Positions 60,901-64,000 of a stretch of 64,000 bases of DNA are shown in pieces. Made by a program: the position numbers and the translations under genes. Origin of the DNA: Raillietiella orientalis (lineage: Eukaryota); assembly GCA_036172245.1 (NCBI GenBank), contig JAYWIR010000017.1, positions 1,054,001 to 1,118,000 on the forward strand, read 5' to 3'. Positions within the stretch are counted from its first letter, which is position 1; each line of letters starts with the position of its first letter. Under the pieces are notes generated by a model, which did not search any database, was not told the DNA's origin, and worked only from the letters and a program-made list of their open reading frames with translations.

Positions 60901-63836
60901 CAGGCGAAAGCGGTGGCCACTCTCTCTCGACCCGAGAGAACGGCGCGGAACCCGGGGCCGGAGGCGCCGACAGCCCACAACCACGCCGCGTTCCGGGAAA
61001 ACACGCCAACGAGTCATGGCTTCGCTTCCTGGTCCTGTTCTGAGTGAGGGGAGCGGACATGCATAAAACGGTCTCCTGGCAGACGACATCAGATGGCTCC
61101 AAGGCAGGGAGAGCAGATTCCCCTCCAGTTTGTTGTTGGCCAGGGCGCATTGGAGGCAGCTCTGGCCGTGCCGGGGAGGCGATTCCATCCCGCGCAAGAA
61201 GTCCTGCTGCTGGCTCGCCCCATCCGTCTCCGGTCCCTCTTCCGGATGATTTCCTCCCGAATAGCTCGCTTTCACTCCTTCCGCTAGCAGGATGAGCAGC
61301 GGCGGAGTCGAAAAGGGGCGGCAGCTAATTGTCCCCCAGTTTGAAACTTCAATATGCAGATCGAGGGCGAGGTCAGGCGGAGAGAAGAGGCCCTCTACGC
61401 GCACTTCGTTCCAGGCTGCTTCTCCTCTTCCGCCGAACACAAAATCAAAGCAGAACTGGGCGGTCGTGACGTCAGGATCGCGAGCGCTCGAGAAGGTTCG
61501 CCCAGGAACCCGAACCGCCTCCACGAAATGCGGCGTACACGTTGCACAGCAACGTGCATGAGTGACAATTAGCGGCCATCAATTGTTGCCGTTTAATCGA
61601 TGGCGGGGGGGGAGCTTCCGGTGGCGGAGCGTTCAGATGTCCAGTGACCCATCGACCGCACGAAGGTAGTAGTAGTTACGTAATTAAGAACGGTCGGGTT
61701 AATATGACACTGCGAGGGGCACATCAGCGCAGTCCTGGAACTGCAACATCTCGCCCCTCGCTATTCCCCCAGCGGTGCGCAGCAAAGCGATCATTTGCGC
61801 ACCTTCGCTCGAAGTCACCCTGTTCTTTCGGTCCACGGATCGGCGGCCTCCATAGGAACGAGTTACCGGCTGGAGTTGCCGAGTTACCGAGGTCTTTCCC
61901 GGCCCCTTTCACTCTAATTAGAAGCTAAGGGAGTTTCCTCGATCCGATAGAGGCCTGTTGCCTGGCAGATCTTTCCTTTTTTCGAACTGCAAAAACAAAA
62001 GAAAGAAAGAAAGAAAACTCTAGTTTCTCTTCGTGAACCTTCCAGTCTCCAAGAATCAAGCAGTGCGGGTATGCAGTGATGGCTAGTCTTGAGCGTTCAG
62101 ATTTGGCCCCTGATCGTTTCCATGCTCATTCTGGCATTCGAGCCCATCCTTCAGCTGGCAAGCTGATTATGGAAAACGCACGCGATTTGCCTGACTCCGT
62201 GCCTGTGCCGAATTGGACAAATTCCATCCAGCCTTTGCTTCTTTTAGGTATGACTGGGGAGACAGTTGCGCTCCTGTCTTGTGTGACTCGAAGAAGTCTT
62301 GTGACTCCGTCCAGCAAGCCCAGTACGGAGAGCTGGATGTCCGTCACCTTGGAGATATCATTCTTTTTGTTTCGGTTCTTTAAGAACCTCCTTAGGTGGG
62401 CTCAAAAAGCTCCTCAAACACTGTCCACGTCGCCCGAGAGCGCGTGCAACTCTTCAAGTTATAGGGGCTAACCCCAGAAGCACCACCCTATGAATCCAGG
62501 AAAGCTCCAGAGGAACCCCGAAGTACCCCTTTATTCCTAGAAGGACTCCAGAGGGGGTCAACTTCCAATTCTCGGCCTGTCAAGGGGGTCGTTCTGTTTT
62601 CCGGCTTCCACCAGTGCCGCATCTGAAGCCCATGGACGAACCAGCGTCATCCTAAGGGGGGAGGGGGAACTCTAAACCCAAGACGCCCCCATTTCTCGGA
62701 GTCCATGCTTTCCCCGGGTGGGATTCGAACCCGCAATGATACCACTCACGGAGACCACAGCCGCTCGGCCGCCAATGAGCTCGTGTGTACGGTGGCTATG
62801 GAGATTATTCTTCAGGCACCAACACGCGGCCCGTCTCACTTGGACTCTAGTGCGTCCTTGAAAGTCGCCATTCAAAAGTATCTTGCAAAAAACGGAGAGC
62901 GTTTCCACATTGCTTAAGATGTTGCCATCGGGAAGCTCCCGTATCTTCCACCGTACAAAGGACGTTTGAACAGATTGTGCAGCGTCGCAACCTCGAACTG
63001 AAGTTGAAATAAATGACTGAGTGAAATGAAGCAGTAAAGAGGAAGTAAACCTCAGCAAAGTTTGGATTCTCCTTTCAGGTATCCAAGAAACCTCTGAAAG
63101 AGACGAAGGAAGAAGCGGGCAATATGTGTGTGTTTTAATGATATATCTGTTATTTATCTGAATTTCTTGAGGCACGCAAGCTTCACTCCGAGGTCTTCCC
63201 ACACGGGAAAAAATGAGTGCGAGCCGGAAGCCATGAATCATGCATTGTCTTTCATACGCAACAGATTTATGAATGAGTGATTTTGGAACAGCCAGGAGCT
63301 GAAACATTGATTTTCCGGAGGAACCGTGAAGATCGACCTTTACATAGCAAATGCAATGGTAACAGATCTCCTCCTTACTTTCATCAGCGAATGTCGTGTG
63401 TGAACTTCGTTTCCTCTTCCCTACTGCTGGGAATAACTCGTACTTGGCGTTTACCTATTCAATCCCGAAGAAGCATCACAAACTGCAAAGAAGAAAAAAA
63501 GAGAAACACTAATACCTTCTAAATTTGCCATTTATGAATGTCAACCGGTAGGGAATGAATTGCTGACCAGGGAATCCATAAACAGCCCTTGCTAATTGCG
63601 CAAGATTTTGCTTCCTATGCCTTATGAGAGCTCTATTTTGCTCTTGCCTACAGACACGAGTAAAAATAGAGCTGAATGTTGTTCGGTTATGTGTATTTAC
63701 AGGTGTGAGCCATGTGATGACTTAGTAGATGGAAAAAAGAGAAAGTAATCTGGATGCACTTACCTTGCCTGCCCAATGAGGAAGCGCTTTGATCTCTTGC
63801 AGCTAAGATAAGTAGCAGAAGCGAAACAAAACACAT
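27352..63836 (-). CDS. DIP (Dpr-interacting protein)/Lachesin-family 3-Ig cell-adhesion protein, DIP-alpha-like, probably GPI-anchored; 8 exons, ~370-380 aa
   Basis: Exons on -: 63836-63764 (signal peptide), 49395-49295, 31410-31225, 31123-30928, 30212-30084, 30008-29892, 27745-27575, 27521 (or 27491)-27352; all GT-AG and phase-compatible. Ig1: GRDAVFTCMV..VAWIKSDTKAIQAIH..DRGFYMCQVNTDPM (KAIQAIH recalls Drosophila DIP-alpha). Ig2: VPPDV..FSCRASGYP..DMGTYLCIASNGVPPAVSKR. Ig3: VECVVEASPRP..FYW..DRGLYFCVAKN. C-terminal hydrophobic tail. Orthology not established. Confidence 0.88.
29892..31410 (-). CDS. DIP-like gene exons 3-6 (rest of Ig1, Ig2, first half of Ig3)
   Basis: Four exons 31410-31225, 31123-30928, 30212-30084, 30008-29892 with canonical Ig Cys/Trp and YxC motifs. 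Confidence 0.93.
34800..35870 (-). mobile_element. tRNA-derived SINE copy, interrupted by a LINE RT fragment
   Basis: 34800-35262 and 35770-35870 are collinear with 62475-62780; B-box-like sequence (gaattcaaacc on +) at 35804-35814. Confidence 0.75.
35263..35769 (+). mobile_element. L1/Tx1-like ORF2 RT C-terminal/thumb fragment
   Basis: GMKNNDRRS (cf. GLKINxxKS), KYLGIHIG, QRTNL*NGVLLPK, LLCLPREGG; in-frame stop at 35567-35569. Confidence 0.8.
35890..36600 (-). mobile_element. Possible THAP-domain DNA-transposon relic
   Basis: Across frames: CAHH..ISSFHC..AKWM..R and RIC..F..F..LSRARVP, resembling THAP SFHxFP..W..ICSxHF..AVP. Confidence 0.35.
37400..38330 (-). mobile_element. Decayed Ty3/Gypsy integrase remnant
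   Basis: DAHASECNGMYAGRRNDL resembles YHPQxNGMVERxNxTL. Confidence 0.4.
38335..39262 (-). mobile_element. tRNA-derived SINE copy, interrupted by a LINE 3' fragment
   Basis: 38335-38429 and 39091-39262 are collinear with 62530-62780; B-box-like ggattcgaatc at 39195-39205 on +. Confidence 0.8.
38430..39090 (+). mobile_element. 5'-truncated L1/Tx1-like LINE with target-site duplication
   Basis: ORF 38443-38862 with CARCREWVSFPHLLVDC CCHC finger; flanked by agtgccgcatc at 38419-38429 and 39091-39101. Confidence 0.9.
46300..47200 (+). mobile_element. Decayed Ty1/Copia integrase and RNase H remnant
   Basis: QRLKDRSEALRMLREYK (cf. LKxKSEAxxxFxxFK), EVWDMLVSA (cf. ExxRxMLxxA), NAEAQ*VAA (cf. TxEAEYVA). 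Confidence 0.5.
47253..47838. repeat. AT-rich long imperfect inverted repeat (foldback/MITE-like)
   Basis: Arms of roughly 230-260 bp; perfect blocks 47297-47309/47783-47795 and 47444-47464/47631-47651. Confidence 0.9.
49295..49395 (-). CDS. DIP-like gene exon 2 (first half of Ig1)
   Basis: tttttccag|GT GAA: GEAPVFTSTLRNQTIIQGRDAVFTCMVKHLGQFK|gtcagt, phase 0 into the VAW exon. Confidence 0.9.
51848..52279. mobile_element. Possible piggyBac-type MITE
   Basis: TTAA-cccctt at 51848 and aaaggg-TTAA ending at 52279; TIR short and imperfect. Confidence 0.3.
54050..58790 (-). mobile_element. Old, long, fragmented L1/Tx1-like LINE
   Basis: Ordered remnants on -: SERSDHRA (APE-type SDH, ~57440), LVTLVSKERTENWRF (cf. 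LIPK..NWRPI, ~56560), VLHEDPL (~56000), GCTRCKKLLQLHTC (zinc-finger-like, ~54420); interrupted by non-LINE sequence. Confidence 0.5.
58867..59716 (+). pseudogene. Intronless Cys-rich coiled-coil pseudogene, weak lamin/intermediate-filament rod resemblance
   Basis: Heptad-like E/K/Q/L-rich text runs across two frameshifts (~59285, ~59330) and a TGA (~59534): KELQHYKDTLRERDHMIQVLQ..EIESLRNEDCMLKQLQAQRCNIASLESAL..ELERALKEA..KYGTQLHCMESENSRMQEEIQCLTREIREKKEEIEKLR..KLDCY. Confidence 0.55.
62050..62460 (-). mobile_element. LINE ORF2 post-RT fragment
   Basis: QLSVLGLLDGVTRLL (cf. LSxxGRxxL) and ISLPAEGWARMP (cf. LxLPxxxGGLxxP). Confidence 0.45.
62475..62780 (-). mobile_element. tRNA-derived SINE, uninterrupted copy
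   Basis: On -: A-box-like tggcggccgagcgg, B-box GGTTCGAATCC (62731-62721), then a body shared with the 34.8-35.9 kb, 37.2 kb and 38.3-39.3 kb copies. Confidence 0.8.
63764..63836 (-). CDS. DIP-like gene, candidate exon 1 (signal peptide)
   Basis: ATG..MCFVSLLLLILAARDQSASSLGRQ followed by G|GTAAGT, a strong phase-1 donor matching the phase-1 acceptor at 49395. Confidence 0.7.
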
Positions 63837-64000
63837 TTTCAGACAGGTTTCACTAAGGTTTAAAGATCACACTGCAGTCCTGGAATAGGGAGAGAAGTTA
63901 CAGCAGATGCATATTGGGGTGCGTAAAGAGAAATCAGTGCACATCGTCAATAACCCCATACAGTACGCAGAAAACTTTGGGGACATCTTGCAAAGTTTTG

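Noticed and set aside
59720..61560. Overlapping long GC-rich ORFs as host genes
   Set aside because: No recognisable domain; at most a very decayed LINE ORF1-like region, too weak to call.
62700..62780. Functional tRNA gene
   Set aside because: Has a B-box but no convincing cloverleaf, and it is attached to a repeated body; interpreted as a SINE head.

Overview
Eukaryotic genomic DNA, most likely arthropod (inferred from the DIP-family gene and many 53-101 nt GT-AG introns); not prokaryotic. Two intact spliced genes can be reconstructed by hand. (1) A compact 8-exon secreted M14B (CPN/E/M/D-type) zinc carboxypeptidase on + (5153-7744, about 445 aa, catalytic residues intact). (2) An 8-exon, three-Ig, probably GPI-anchored DIP/Lachesin-family adhesion gene on - (63836-27352, about 370-380 aa) with introns of about 14 kb and 18 kb. 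Most of the rest is decayed mobile DNA: many L1/Tx1-like LINE fragments, a tRNA-derived SINE family, Ty3/Gypsy and Ty1/Copia remnants, a THAP-like DNA-transposon relic and foldback/MITE-like elements. The most notable observations are: the LINE family ends in AATAAA plus a conserved CCCGG-N5-CCGGG hairpin with no poly(A); two LINE pieces sit inside copies of the same tRNA-SINE with flanking duplications; two LINE 3' ends are fused back-to-back; a Cys-rich lamin/IF-like coiled-coil pseudogene is nested antisense in the DIP intron; and the DIP gene has a tandemly duplicated in-frame splice donor. All homology calls come from motif recognition by eye; no searches were run.
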